The translations under genes and the position numbers were made by a program. Positions 39,980 through 48,763 of a stretch of DNA of 50,875 bases are shown here, in pieces. Below the pieces are notes generated by a model that worked only from the letters and a program-made list of their open reading frames with translations, was not told the origin of the DNA and made no database searches. How positions within the stretch are numbered: position 1 is the stretch's first letter; each line of letters opens with the position of its first letter. The DNA is taken from NCBI GenBank assembly GCA_049322255.1, contig JBMORE010000187.1:1-50875 (forward strand), written 5' to 3'. The stretch comes from Myxococcota bacterium (GTDB taxonomy: Bacteria > Myxococcota > Myxococcia > Myxococcales > Myxococcaceae).

Positions 39980-40552
39980 CTACTGGAGCGACGGCCCGGC
40001 GGAAGGGCTGACCGACGCAGCTGCCAGATAGACGAACGCCGGGTTGACCCGGAGCGTCCCGTCCACGTAGGCGGCGGCGTAAGGGGCTCCGGTGGCGCGG
40101 TCGACCGACACCACCCCTTGCGGGCGGATACCCCAGTGCGCCAGCAGGGAACGGGCAATCAGCTCGACGGCCTCGCGCTCGGAGAGGCCTTGCAGGCTCT
40201 CGCGGCGGTCCTCGGCCCAACGTTCACGGCCATCGAAGGAGAGCTGCAACGGTTCACCGGCGTCGGGCGCCTGAAGGAGGTCGGCGCGCGGGTCGAAGCC
40301 GGGGGCGGCCACCAGCTCCCCCCCAAAGACGACCGGAAAGAAGACCGGGCCCGTGGCCGGTCGCCCTGCCTCCATCTCGGAGGCGCGCGCGATGTCGCGG
40401 AAGAGCTCTTGGCGGGTCGCCCCCGACTCGAGCTCGAGCAGCTCGGCGGTCCCGGTCAGCGCCTGAGAAGCGGAGAGCACCCGTGAAGGCGAGGTGCCGT
40501 ACCCGCACGCGGCGAGGATCAACAGGCACGAAGGGAAGGTCAGCCGGCGCAT
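39980..40552 (-). CDS. hypothetical lipoprotein
   Basis: Lipobox LAAC after a short signal; no recognised domain. Confidence 0.75.
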   Translation of the reverse strand: MRRLTFPSCLLILAACGYGTSPSRVLSASQALTGTAELLELESGATRQELFRDIARASEMEAGRPATGPVFFPVVFGGELVAAPGFDPRADLLQAPDAGEPLQLSFDGRERWAEDRRESLQGLSEREAVELIARSLLAHWGIRPQGVVSVDRATGAPYAAAYVDGTLRVNPAFVYLAAASVSPSAGPSLQ

Positions 40553-40617
40553 CTTCAAGGCCGCAATATATCGACGACCGGCGAAAGGAGCCAGCTAAAG
40601 TCCGGCGCCCATCTTCG

Positions 40618-41355
40618 ATGCATGCCTTCCCCGCAAACCTGTTCGTGGTGTGCCACCAGATCCGTTCACTCGACAACCTCGGAGCCATTGCGCGGGTGAT
40701 GGCCAACTTCGGGGTCAGCCGGCTGATTCTCTCGGATCCAGCGCGCTACGACTTCCGCGGGGCCGAGAAGCTGGCGGTGGGTGCCGAGGAGGTTTTGGCC
40801 AACATGGCTGTAGCACGCGATCTCGACGAGGCGCTGACGGACGTGGTCTACGCGTTGGGTTCTAGCTCGCGCGAGCGGCTCAAGCGTCAAAGCGTGCTTG
40901 CCCCTGACGATGCGGCGCGGCGGTTGGCTGCGCAGGCCCAGCGGGGAAAGGTGGCGCTGGTGCTCGGAGGCGAAAAGCGAGGGCTCTCCGACGACGAGCT
41001 GGCCCGCTGTCAGGACGTGGTGGTCATCCCCACCGCACCCAAGCAGCCGTCGATGAACGTAAGCCACGCGGCGGCGGTACTGCTCTACCTCATCACCCAG
41101 GCAAAGAAAGCTTCGCCGCCGTCGGCGACTCCGGAGCCGGGAGCGCCCCAGAGGCTGTGGCAGAAGCTGGAGGAGACGATGAAGGAGGCGCTGGAAGGGG
41201 CCGGCTGGCTCAACCCTCAGGCCCCTCGGCATGCCCTGCGCGAGCTGATGCGCGCCCTGCAAAAAGGTCGGCTGTCGCAGCGCGAGGCCCAGATGTGGCT
41301 CTCCGCCTTCGAGCACCTCGCGCGCGCTACGCGGCGGCCGGCTCGCCCTTCTTGA
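40618..41355 (+). CDS. SPOUT RNA methyltransferase, TrmJ/LasT family
   Basis: NLGAIARVMANFG, ALVLGGEKRGLS.DEL, IPT...PSMNVSHA. Confidence 0.9.
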   Translation: MHAFPANLFVVCHQIRSLDNLGAIARVMANFGVSRLILSDPARYDFRGAEKLAVGAEEVLANMAVARDLDEALTDVVYALGSSSRERLKRQSVLAPDDAARRLAAQAQRGKVALVLGGEKRGLSDDELARCQDVVVIPTAPKQPSMNVSHAAAVLLYLITQAKKASPPSATPEPGAPQRLWQKLEETMKEALEGAGWLNPQAPRHALRELMRALQKGRLSQREAQMWLSAFEHLARATRRPARPS

Positions 41356-41587
41356 AGGCCTCGTTGTAGTGCTGCTCGCACAGCCCACCTTTGAGCACCT
41401 TCTTGCGGCACTCGGCCTTCGAGCAGGTGCGGTAGCGCGAATGGGGTAGCTCCCCTTGGCGCCACTTCTTGTAGTGGAAAAAGCAAAACCCCTTGGCGCG
41501 GTACGGGCGCTTGCAGCCCTGCGCCGAGCACGTCTTCTTGCCGCCGCCTTTTGCTTGGCGGGGCCACTTCTTGAATCGGTTTGGCAT
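41327..41587 (-). CDS. small basic protein with two C-x4-C-x9-C-x2-H repeats
   Basis: CSAQGCKRPYRAKGFCFFH and CSKAECRKKVLKGGLCEQH. Confidence 0.85.
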   Translation of the reverse strand: MPNRFKKWPRQAKGGGKKTCSAQGCKRPYRAKGFCFFHYKKWRQGELPHSRYRTCSKAECRKKVLKGGLCEQHYNEAFKKGEPAAA

Positions 41588-41599
41588 GGGGCGGGGTAC

Positions 41600-42973
41600 C
41601 TACTCCGGGGCTTGGGGCTTGCGCAAGCTGAAGGTCAACGTGCTCGTCCCCCGCCGGGCGTAGAGGCGCACCAGGCTGCCGCCGGGAAGGCTCTGGAGCA
41701 CGGCATGAAGCTGCGCCGGGTTCGAAATCTCGGTGGTGTTCACCTTGAGCACCACGTCGCCCTCGGCCAACCCGGCCTTCTGTAGCGGCCCCCCGGGAAC
41801 TACGGAGCGGACGAGCGCGCCCATCGGCTCGGCCAGCCCGCAGCGCAACGAAGCGGTGCGGTCGACGGTGGAGACGCTCGCCCCCAAGGCGAGCGCGAGG
41901 GGTTCGTCCGGGGCCGGAGAAGGCGCCTGCTGAAAGGGTGTCTCGCCCAGCCGTAAGGAAAGCTCCACCGGCTTGCCCTCTCGGCGCACGGTGAGAGCCA
42001 CCTGTTGGCCGACGGTCGAGGTGGCCACCCGCCAGCGGAGCGCGTGGGCCCGCTCCATCGTCTCGCCGTCGAGGGAGACGATGACGTCGCCCGCCTTCAT
42101 CCCCGCGGCGTCGGCAGGGCTGCCGCCTCGCACGTCGGTCACCAACACTCCCGAGTAGCTTCTTTGGCGGTGGCTCTTGGCCACCTCGGGAGTGAGGTCT
42201 TCGACCATCACCCCCATCCACCCGCGGCGGAACTTGCCGTGCGCTCGAAGCTGCGGCAGCACCGCCTTGGCGACGTCGATCGGCGTGGCGAAACCGATGC
42301 CTTGCCCCGCCACGTTCACCGCGTTGGCAATCGCCACCACTTCGCCGTGCAGGTCGAGGATGGGGCCTCCCGAATTGCCGGGGTTGATGGGCGCATCGGT
42401 CTGCAGGTAGTCGAAAAAGCCGCTGCGCCCGGAGGGCACCACGTCGGTGCGGCCCTTGAAGCTGACCACCCCCACGGTGACCGAGTGCGACAGCCCGAAG
42501 GGGTTGCCAATCACCACCACCCAATCGGCGATCTCCACGCTGCGCGAGGTCGATAGCTCGAGCACGGGGAACTTTCGTTCACCGTCGACCTTGAGCAACG
42601 CGATGTCCGTCTGCGGGTCTTTTCCGATGACTTGGGCGTCGAGCTCCTCGGGCACCCCACGTGTCGATTGCAGCGACACCTTGATCTCGGTGGCGTCTTC
42701 GATGACGTGCGAGGCGGTGAGCAAGTAGCCATCGGGGTGGATGAAGAAGCCCGCGCCCAGCCCCTTCTGCGGTTCCTCGTCGTCTCCTGCCTCCGGGGGC
42801 GTGCGAGTGGTGATCGAGACCACCGCCGGAAGCGCCCGCCGCGCCACTTCGGCGATCGCCGAGCGCTCGGCGCGGACCTGGCGTTGCTTCGCCTCCGTCC
42901 ACAGCGACGGTGTCGGGGCTGCGCCCGCGGCCGCTATCCACCCGAAGACCAGCCAACCCCATACCCGCCCCAT
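41600..42973 (-). CDS. HtrA/DegP-like serine protease with two PDZ domains
   Basis: LTASHV, TDIALLK, IGNPFGL, QTDAPINPGNSGGP, two PDZ (GSPA..AG...GDVI). Confidence 0.96.
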   Translation of the reverse strand: MGRVWGWLVFGWIAAAGAAPTPSLWTEAKQRQVRAERSAIAEVARRALPAVVSITTRTPPEAGDDEEPQKGLGAGFFIHPDGYLLTASHVIEDATEIKVSLQSTRGVPEELDAQVIGKDPQTDIALLKVDGERKFPVLELSTSRSVEIADWVVVIGNPFGLSHSVTVGVVSFKGRTDVVPSGRSGFFDYLQTDAPINPGNSGGPILDLHGEVVAIANAVNVAGQGIGFATPIDVAKAVLPQLRAHGKFRRGWMGVMVEDLTPEVAKSHRQRSYSGVLVTDVRGGSPADAAGMKAGDVIVSLDGETMERAHALRWRVATSTVGQQVALTVRREGKPVELSLRLGETPFQQAPSPAPDEPLALALGASVSTVDRTASLRCGLAEPMGALVRSVVPGGPLQKAGLAEGDVVLKVNTTEISNPAQLHAVLQSLPGGSLVRLYARRGTSTLTFSLRKPQAPE

Positions 42974-43061
42974 GTCCCACCTCCCGCCGCTGCGAGAAGT
43001 TAGGAAGCGGCACAGGGCCGTGCCAAGGCGAGCGTGGGGTGGCGAACAAGCACCCGGAAAG

Positions 43062-43454
43062 CTACGGATCCTCTGGGCCGGGCGGAGCGCGGTTCTTCGC
43101 CTCCACTGCCTCCATCAGCTCGCGGGTGGGTGGGTCACGGGGCTGTACCGTCTTGCGCACCAAATCCACCGAGAAGCGGTAGGGCTGTGGGGCGCCGGCG
43201 GAGCAGCTCACTTCCAGCGTGCCGGCGAAGGAGGACACGATGCGTGGCGCACACTGTGGCGTCGAGGTGCCGGCGCGGGCATTGAGCTCGTCGGCCACCG
43301 ACCACTTCGCGCCTGGGGCCTTGGAGAGGAGCAGCTCCACGGCGCGGCGTTCGTCTCCTTGATCGAACTGTTGCTGCAAGTAGATGAGCGTGAGCGCCAA
43401 GATGGCGATCATCAGCCCACCGATGACGAGCTTTCCTGGTGGAGACGCTTCCAC
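43062..43454 (-). CDS. hypothetical membrane-anchored protein
   Basis: N-terminal TM helix, Cys pair, coding-like composition. Confidence 0.7.
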   Translation of the reverse strand: MEASPPGKLVIGGLMIAILALTLIYLQQQFDQGDERRAVELLLSKAPGAKWSVADELNARAGTSTPQCAPRIVSSFAGTLEVSCSAGAPQPYRFSVDLVRKTVQPRDPPTRELMEAVEAKNRAPPGPEDP

Positions 43455-43487
43455 GCCGGCTTCATAAGGAATGTGATGCGCTTTTGC

Positions 43488-43754
43488 CTACCGCTTCTTG
43501 GCGAAAAGGTCGTTCACCGCCGCCCGCTCCTCCGTCGAGTAGCGCTCGGTCGGCTGCCCGCGTCGTGCCGCGCGCACCTCGTCCACCGCTTCGCCGATGC
43601 CCGCCTTGAGGCGCTGAAGCTTGTGCGGCCCACCGTTCTCCCACGCACGCTGGGCGTGCTCGACGGGCGTACGCCCGAGCACCGGCTGGGTGGCGAGGAA
43701 GATTCCCAACCCCACCGCCAACGAAGTCCACACCACGAACTTGATGAAGCCCAT
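43488..43754 (-). CDS. hypothetical membrane-anchored protein
   Basis: SD GGAGG; N-terminal TM helix. Confidence 0.72.
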   Translation of the reverse strand: MGFIKFVVWTSLAVGLGIFLATQPVLGRTPVEHAQRAWENGGPHKLQRLKAGIGEAVDEVRAARRGQPTERYSTEERAAVNDLFAKKR

Positions 43755-43848
43755 GCTTCCTCCCTTCAGCTCCTACCTGGTCGTACCTTGACCCACCTGC
43801 CTCCGCCAGTTTTTGACCGTGGGGTCGGCGGTCTTTAAGAAGACAAGG

Positions 43849-44904
43849 GTGCAGCCGGAGGAGCTCATCGAGTCGGCGAAGGCGCGGGCGGAGGCGTTGG
43901 CTCCGCCCAGCGACGTCGAACGGGAGCGGCTTCGGGGCGAGTGCGTGGCTTTCTTCGACCAAGTGCCCGAGCCGCCTGTGTACCGGCGCGCCAACGACCC
44001 TTCACGCGCGCTCGCCCTGGCGTTGACGCAACGGGGCGAGGAGCTGCTTGCCCGCTGCATGTCCGCCTCGCGCGAAGACGGCGGCTCGGGGCTTGCGCGC
44101 TTGGTGCCTGTCTTGAAGGCCTACCTCGCCGCGCTGTGCCACACGGCCGAGGGGCGCTTGGGATCGGCGGAGAATGCGTGGCGTGAGGGCCTGTTGCTCG
44201 AGCGGGAGGCGGTGCGCGGTCGCTCGCTGTGTGTCCATTCCACCGCCGAGCCGGTGCCGGTGTTCGACAAGGCGACGCGCACCTCACGCTACGACCCTCG
44301 GCCCGAGCCGACGGTAACGGTGCGACTCGCCTGTCCGGCGGCGGGTTGCGCCAAGGAGGCGGCCTTTGCTCTGCCGGGGCGCCTCGCCTTGCACGCGCTG
44401 ACTTGTCCTAGCTGCCAGAGCCCTTTTTTGGCCTACGTCGGCGAGGTGCGCGCGGCGGAGAAGAGCTCTCCGGTGCAAGGGGTGGTGAGCTACAGGCTGC
44501 GCATCGAGGAGCCTGACGGCACGGTTTCACGGGTGGAGATAGACGACACCAGCGGTGCGGAGCTGTCGGTGGCGCGAAAGGACCAGGTCGCTTGCCTCTA
44601 CACCGCCCACCGGCAGCTGCGCGGCCTGCTCAACCTCTCCAGCGGCCGGGTGCTGTGGGTGAACCGGAGCGGCGCCTGCTTCGTGGCCACCGTGGCCTTC
44701 GGCGAGGACGCACAGGAGCTTGTTGCCTTCCGCGCCTTTCGCGACCGAGTTCTCCTGCGCCACACCGCGGGAGCGGCGGCGGTGCGGCTCTACTACCGCC
44801 ATGGCCCCGCATGGGCGCGCTTTGTCGCTCGGCGGCCGTGGCTCTTGGCGGCGACCCGTTACGGCTTACGCCGGTTGCACCACCACTTGGAGCGGCGCGG
44901 ATGA
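43849..44904 (+). CDS. CFI-box-CTERM-type domain protein with Cys-rich segment
   Basis: C-terminal GACFVATVAFG...L..FR.FRD..L.......VRLYYR.GP..A; internal CPAAGC and CPSC; start uncertain (43813 or 43849). Confidence 0.82.
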   Translation: MQPEELIESAKARAEALAPPSDVERERLRGECVAFFDQVPEPPVYRRANDPSRALALALTQRGEELLARCMSASREDGGSGLARLVPVLKAYLAALCHTAEGRLGSAENAWREGLLLEREAVRGRSLCVHSTAEPVPVFDKATRTSRYDPRPEPTVTVRLACPAAGCAKEAAFALPGRLALHALTCPSCQSPFLAYVGEVRAAEKSSPVQGVVSYRLRIEEPDGTVSRVEIDDTSGAELSVARKDQVACLYTAHRQLRGLLNLSSGRVLWVNRSGACFVATVAFGEDAQELVAFRAFRDRVLLRHTAGAAAVRLYYRHGPAWARFVARRPWLLAATRYGLRRLHHHLERRG

Positions 44905-45437
44905 AATCGGGCTGGCTCGGCCAGGCGTTCACCGTGTTGCTCGTCGTGGGCCTTCTTTTGGGCGCCATCTACCAGGGCGTGCAGGAGGCGAAAGAAAAAC
45001 GCCTCCTTTCCACGGGCGAGCTGGCGCCGGACTTTGGGTTGCGCCGGCCTGACGGGAGCCAAGTGACGCTCTCCTCTCTTCGCGGGCAGGTGGTGATGCT
45101 CGACTTCTGGGCGACCTGGTGCCCACCTTGCGTTCGCGAGATGCCCTACCTGACTCGGTTGGCCAAAGAGTACGAAGCCAGGGGCCTGGCCTTCGTCGCC
45201 GCCAACAATGACGAGCCGGACGAGGCAGAAGGCGCCGTCGAGGCCTTCGTCTCCTCGCGGGCGCCCGAGCTTCGGCGCTACGTCGCTTTTTCCGACGAGG
45301 TCACCAGCCAGCGCTACCGGGTGCGGACGCTGCCGACGGTGTACGTCATCGATCGCCAGGGGCGGGTGGCCAAGGCGCATGCCGGCCTGGCCTCGGAGAC
45401 GATGCTGCGCCGGTGGATCGAGGAAGCACTGAGGTAA
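44901..45437 (+). CDS. TlpA/ResA-like disulfide reductase
   Basis: N-terminal TM, APDF.L, LDFWATWCPPCVREMP, LPT.YVID..G. Confidence 0.95.
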   Translation: MKSGWLGQAFTVLLVVGLLLGAIYQGVQEAKEKRLLSTGELAPDFGLRRPDGSQVTLSSLRGQVVMLDFWATWCPPCVREMPYLTRLAKEYEARGLAFVAANNDEPDEAEGAVEAFVSSRAPELRRYVAFSDEVTSQRYRVRTLPTVYVIDRQGRVAKAHAGLASETMLRRWIEEALR

Positions 45438-45438
45438 A

Positions 45439-45471
45439 CCCTCTCCCTTTGGGAGAGGGAAAGGGGGAGGG
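45439..45471 (+). repeat. palindromic triplex-type repeat, copy G (between convergent genes)
   Basis: CCCTCTCCCTTTGGGAGAGGGAAAGGGGGAGGG. Confidence 0.85.
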
Positions 45472-45475
45472 AGCG

Positions 45476-47122
45476 CTACTTCGCCCCCGGCTCCGGTTTC
45501 TTCTCCCCCTCCTCCTTCACCGCCTCCTCTTCGCTGACCAAGCGGAACTCGGTGCGGCGATTCTTCGCGCGGCCCAGCGGGGTGGCGTTGTCGGCGATCG
45601 GCTTGTCGAAGCCGAAGCCGGCGCTCTTGAGCCGGTTCTTGGCGATGCCCTTGTTCAGCAGGTAGTTGACCACGGCCTGGGCGCGGCGCTTGGAGAGGTC
45701 GAGGTTGTAGGGGCGGGTGCCGCGGTCGTCGGTGTGGCCCTCGACGAGCACGGGGCCTACCTCGGGGTTGTCGGCGAGCACCTTGTAGACGTCGTCGAGC
45801 ATCTTGAAGGACTGCGGCAGGATGGTGGCTTGAGCGGTTTCGAACTGAATCTGCCCGCGTACACGAATACGTTCGGACTCCAGCTCTACCTCGGGCTCTT
45901 CGGGCACAGGGCAGCCCTCGTTCTCCACCGGGCCGGGCTCGTCGGGGCACTTGTCGACGATGTCGGGCACGCCGTCGCCGTCGCGGTCGGGACAGCCCTC
46001 GAGCTCACCGGGGCCGGGGTCCATCGGGCAGCCGTCTTCGTTGTCGTTCACTCCGTCCTTGTCGTTGTCCGGCTCCGGACAGCCGTCGGAGTCCTCGAAG
46101 CCGTCTTTGTCTTCGGGCACGTCGGGGCAGGCATCGACATGGTCGGCGATACCGTCGCCGTCGCGGTCGTCGAAGGTGAAGTCGTAGCGAACCCCGGCCA
46201 AAAGGCGAAACGCCTCCCGCCCGTAGCCGGTGGTGGTGCCCAGCCCGCGACCCAAGGTGACCTCGGCGCCCCAGTTGCCACGCACTTTGCCGCGCACGCC
46301 CAGAAGCAGCTCCCACGGCGTTTTGAGCGAGTCGGCCTGGTCGAAGGTGAAGGGCCGCTCGGTCGGGGTGACCAGGTGGGTCTCGCCCACGAACTGCACC
46401 TCGGTGAAGCGACTGAACGAGGGGAGGTCGACGATGGCTCCTGCGCCGGCGGTGAACTCGTTGCCGATGAAGAGGTTGATGAACTGGGCGTGGTAGGGGC
46501 GCAGCCGGTAGCCCATGTTGGCGAGCACCCGCACCGGGCCGAAGGCTCGTTCAGCCGCGAGCCTGGGAGCGAAGACGAAACCGGCGTCGCCGATGAAGCT
46601 TTGCGCCGACGGAGCGGGCAGTCGCACCTCGGCCACCGCCGCCAGCCCGAAGAGTGCCTTGGCCGGGTCGAGAATGGACACGCGTGGCAACACTCGCAGC
46701 GAACCGACGCCCAGCGCCGACGGCCCCGCTGTGCGAAAGCCCTGCTGGGCGAGCAAATCGAAGTCGTTCACCTGGGCGAGGGTCAGCGGCAGGTGTGCTC
46801 CCAGCTCCAGCTTGGGGAGCAATTGGTAGCTGCCGAAGAGGTGAAGGTCGGTGCGAAAAGGAACCAGGTCGCCCAGCTTTTCCTGCCCCAGCTTGAGCGC
46901 GAGCATGCCCACGCCCATGTCGAACATCGCGGCGAAGCGGAAGCTCTTCGGCCCGCGGAAGGTGGCGCCTTCGAGGCCCACGCCGCTGTCCATCGCGGTG
47001 GTCTGCTTGACGGGAAAGAGATCGAAACCCTTGCCGAAGGCGTCATGCGTGGCATGGGCCAAGGGGGCCGTCACGAAAACGGCGAGAAGCGTGAGTCGAC
47101 GCGCGGCGTAGGTCGCTGTCAT
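45476..47122 (-). CDS. OmpA-family outer membrane protein (beta-barrel + thrombospondin type 3 repeats + OmpA_C)
   Basis: Signal peptide; DRDGDGI.D..D.CP repeats; VEGHTD, YNLDLSKRRA, GFG..KPI, RAKNRR.EF. Confidence 0.93.
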   Translation of the reverse strand: MTATYAARRLTLLAVFVTAPLAHATHDAFGKGFDLFPVKQTTAMDSGVGLEGATFRGPKSFRFAAMFDMGVGMLALKLGQEKLGDLVPFRTDLHLFGSYQLLPKLELGAHLPLTLAQVNDFDLLAQQGFRTAGPSALGVGSLRVLPRVSILDPAKALFGLAAVAEVRLPAPSAQSFIGDAGFVFAPRLAAERAFGPVRVLANMGYRLRPYHAQFINLFIGNEFTAGAGAIVDLPSFSRFTEVQFVGETHLVTPTERPFTFDQADSLKTPWELLLGVRGKVRGNWGAEVTLGRGLGTTTGYGREAFRLLAGVRYDFTFDDRDGDGIADHVDACPDVPEDKDGFEDSDGCPEPDNDKDGVNDNEDGCPMDPGPGELEGCPDRDGDGVPDIVDKCPDEPGPVENEGCPVPEEPEVELESERIRVRGQIQFETAQATILPQSFKMLDDVYKVLADNPEVGPVLVEGHTDDRGTRPYNLDLSKRRAQAVVNYLLNKGIAKNRLKSAGFGFDKPIADNATPLGRAKNRRTEFRLVSEEEAVKEEGEKKPEPGAK

Positions 47123-47221
47123 TCGCGGTTTCTCTTCCCTGCCGTCGTTCTTATAGCTCTCGCCGTGGCGTCTTAGAAGAAAGGCTCCCCGAAGCCACGC
47201 GCTACAAGCTGCGACAGAAGG

Positions 47222-48763
47222 CTAGTTCTCCATGAAGACCTGTGCGTCTTGGATTCGAATCAGCTGAGGGTGCATCGGCAGTGGCTCGCGCTCGAGGGTT
47301 TTGTCCTTCTTTGTCACTTCGGCGGGCTTCGACGTCGGATAGCGAATGGGCGAGGGTTTCTTGCTCGCCAAGCGGGCCTCGAGGTCCTCGGCGTCTTGGG
47401 TGACGTAGACGAAGTTGAGCTTGGAGGGTGTCAGGTGCCGGGCGGCGGCTTGCTGGAGCGCGTGGGGCGTCATCGTCGCCAGCGCCTGGCGGTAGCCCTC
47501 GAGAAAGCCCGGGGTGCCGTAGAACAGCTCGTCGATGGCCAAGCCCAGCCGCCGCTGGTCGGTCTGCTCCCACAGGCGGGTGTAGCCGATGAGGAAGCCG
47601 CGGGCGGTCTCCATCTGCTCCAGCGGCGGAGGGTTCTTCGTCAGCTCCGTCAAGTAGTGCAGCGCGCCGCGGGTGGCGAAGATCGCGTTGGGCGGCTCCA
47701 CCGGGCGAAGCCAAATGGAGAAGTCCTGCTCGGCACGGGCCACGTTGAAGCTGGGCTGGGTGCCCCAGCCCTCCTGGTGGAAGTGCTCGGCGTAGGCATA
47801 GTCGCCGTAGTTGAGGCCGCGCTTCTCCCGCAGCTCCTGGAAGAGCACCCCGTGGAACTGGCGATGCTCGCCCAGGTAGGAGAGGGCGAAGGCCACCGCG
47901 TAGAAGTCGGGGTCGCCCCGGCGGAGCGGGTACGTGTAGCCCATCGAGACCGCGGTGGAGAGCGTGTTCTTCTTCAAGATGAGCGTGTGCCCCTGCACTC
48001 CGGGCGCGGGAGGTAGCTCCACCCTCGGTGCACCGGTGGCGGGCAGCTTAGCCAAACGCTTCTTCACTTTCGCCTCCAGGGCGGAGTCCACGGCGCCTGC
48101 CAGGCCGATCACCAGGCGGTCTTGCGTGAAGACGCGAGCGGCGTGAGCTTTGACGTCCTCCAAGGTGATTGCTTGCAGCCCCTGCACGGTCCCACCGGGG
48201 AAGTGGCGGTAGGGGTGGTCGGGGTAGAGCAGAGCATCGAGGGCAATCTTTCCCAGCTCCTCGTCGTCTTCGGCGCGCAGGCGGTTCTTCACCGTGTTGA
48301 TCGCATCGGTACGCAGCCGCTCGAGCTCCTTGAGGTCGAAGCGGGGCTCGAGCAAGACGTCGCTGAAGATGTCGAAGAAGCGTTGGAGCCGGTCGGAGTG
48401 CACCCGGCCCACGAAGACGGTCACCTCTTTGTCGGTGGAGGCGTCGAGCTCGGCGGCCATGGGGTAGAGCGCGTCGAGTAGCTGGGCCGAGGAGAGCTTC
48501 TTCGTTCCACCCTCTGCCATCAGTTGCGCGGTGAGCGCGGTGAGGCCCTCCTTGCCCTTGGGGTCGTCGACCGACCCGGCGTGGAAGACCAGCCGGAAGC
48601 TGACGATCGGCTTGTTCTTCACCGGCAACAGCACGGTGGTCATCGGTGGCGGCCGATTCAGCGGGCGATAGGGAACCGGAACGGGTTTGGGAAGGGGTGG
48701 AAGGGTGGCGGCGCAGGAGACGAACACGCCGACGGCGGCGAAGCGCAACGCGACACGGACCAT
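47222..48763 (-). CDS. M16 peptidase, non-catalytic subunit (lipoprotein)
   Basis: Lipobox FVSC; GS..DP.GKEGL..LTA (no HxxEH); LREKRGLNYG R/Y motif. Confidence 0.9.
   Translation of the reverse strand: MVRVALRFAAVGVFVSCAATLPPLPKPVPVPYRPLNRPPPMTTVLLPVKNKPIVSFRLVFHAGSVDDPKGKEGLTALTAQLMAEGGTKKLSSAQLLDALYPMAAELDASTDKEVTVFVGRVHSDRLQRFFDIFSDVLLEPRFDLKELERLRTDAINTVKNRLRAEDDEELGKIALDALLYPDHPYRHFPGGTVQGLQAITLEDVKAHAARVFTQDRLVIGLAGAVDSALEAKVKKRLAKLPATGAPRVELPPAPGVQGHTLILKKNTLSTAVSMGYTYPLRRGDPDFYAVAFALSYLGEHRQFHGVLFQELREKRGLNYGDYAYAEHFHQEGWGTQPSFNVARAEQDFSIWLRPVEPPNAIFATRGALHYLTELTKNPPPLEQMETARGFLIGYTRLWEQTDQRRLGLAIDELFYGTPGFLEGYRQALATMTPHALQQAAARHLTPSKLNFVYVTQDAEDLEARLASKKPSPIRYPTSKPAEVTKKDKTLEREPLPMHPQLIRIQDAQVFMEN

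Noticed and set aside
45900..46180. Short GTCGCC/GTCGCGGTC-type DNA repeats
   Set aside because: They encode thrombospondin type 3 Asp-rich protein repeats
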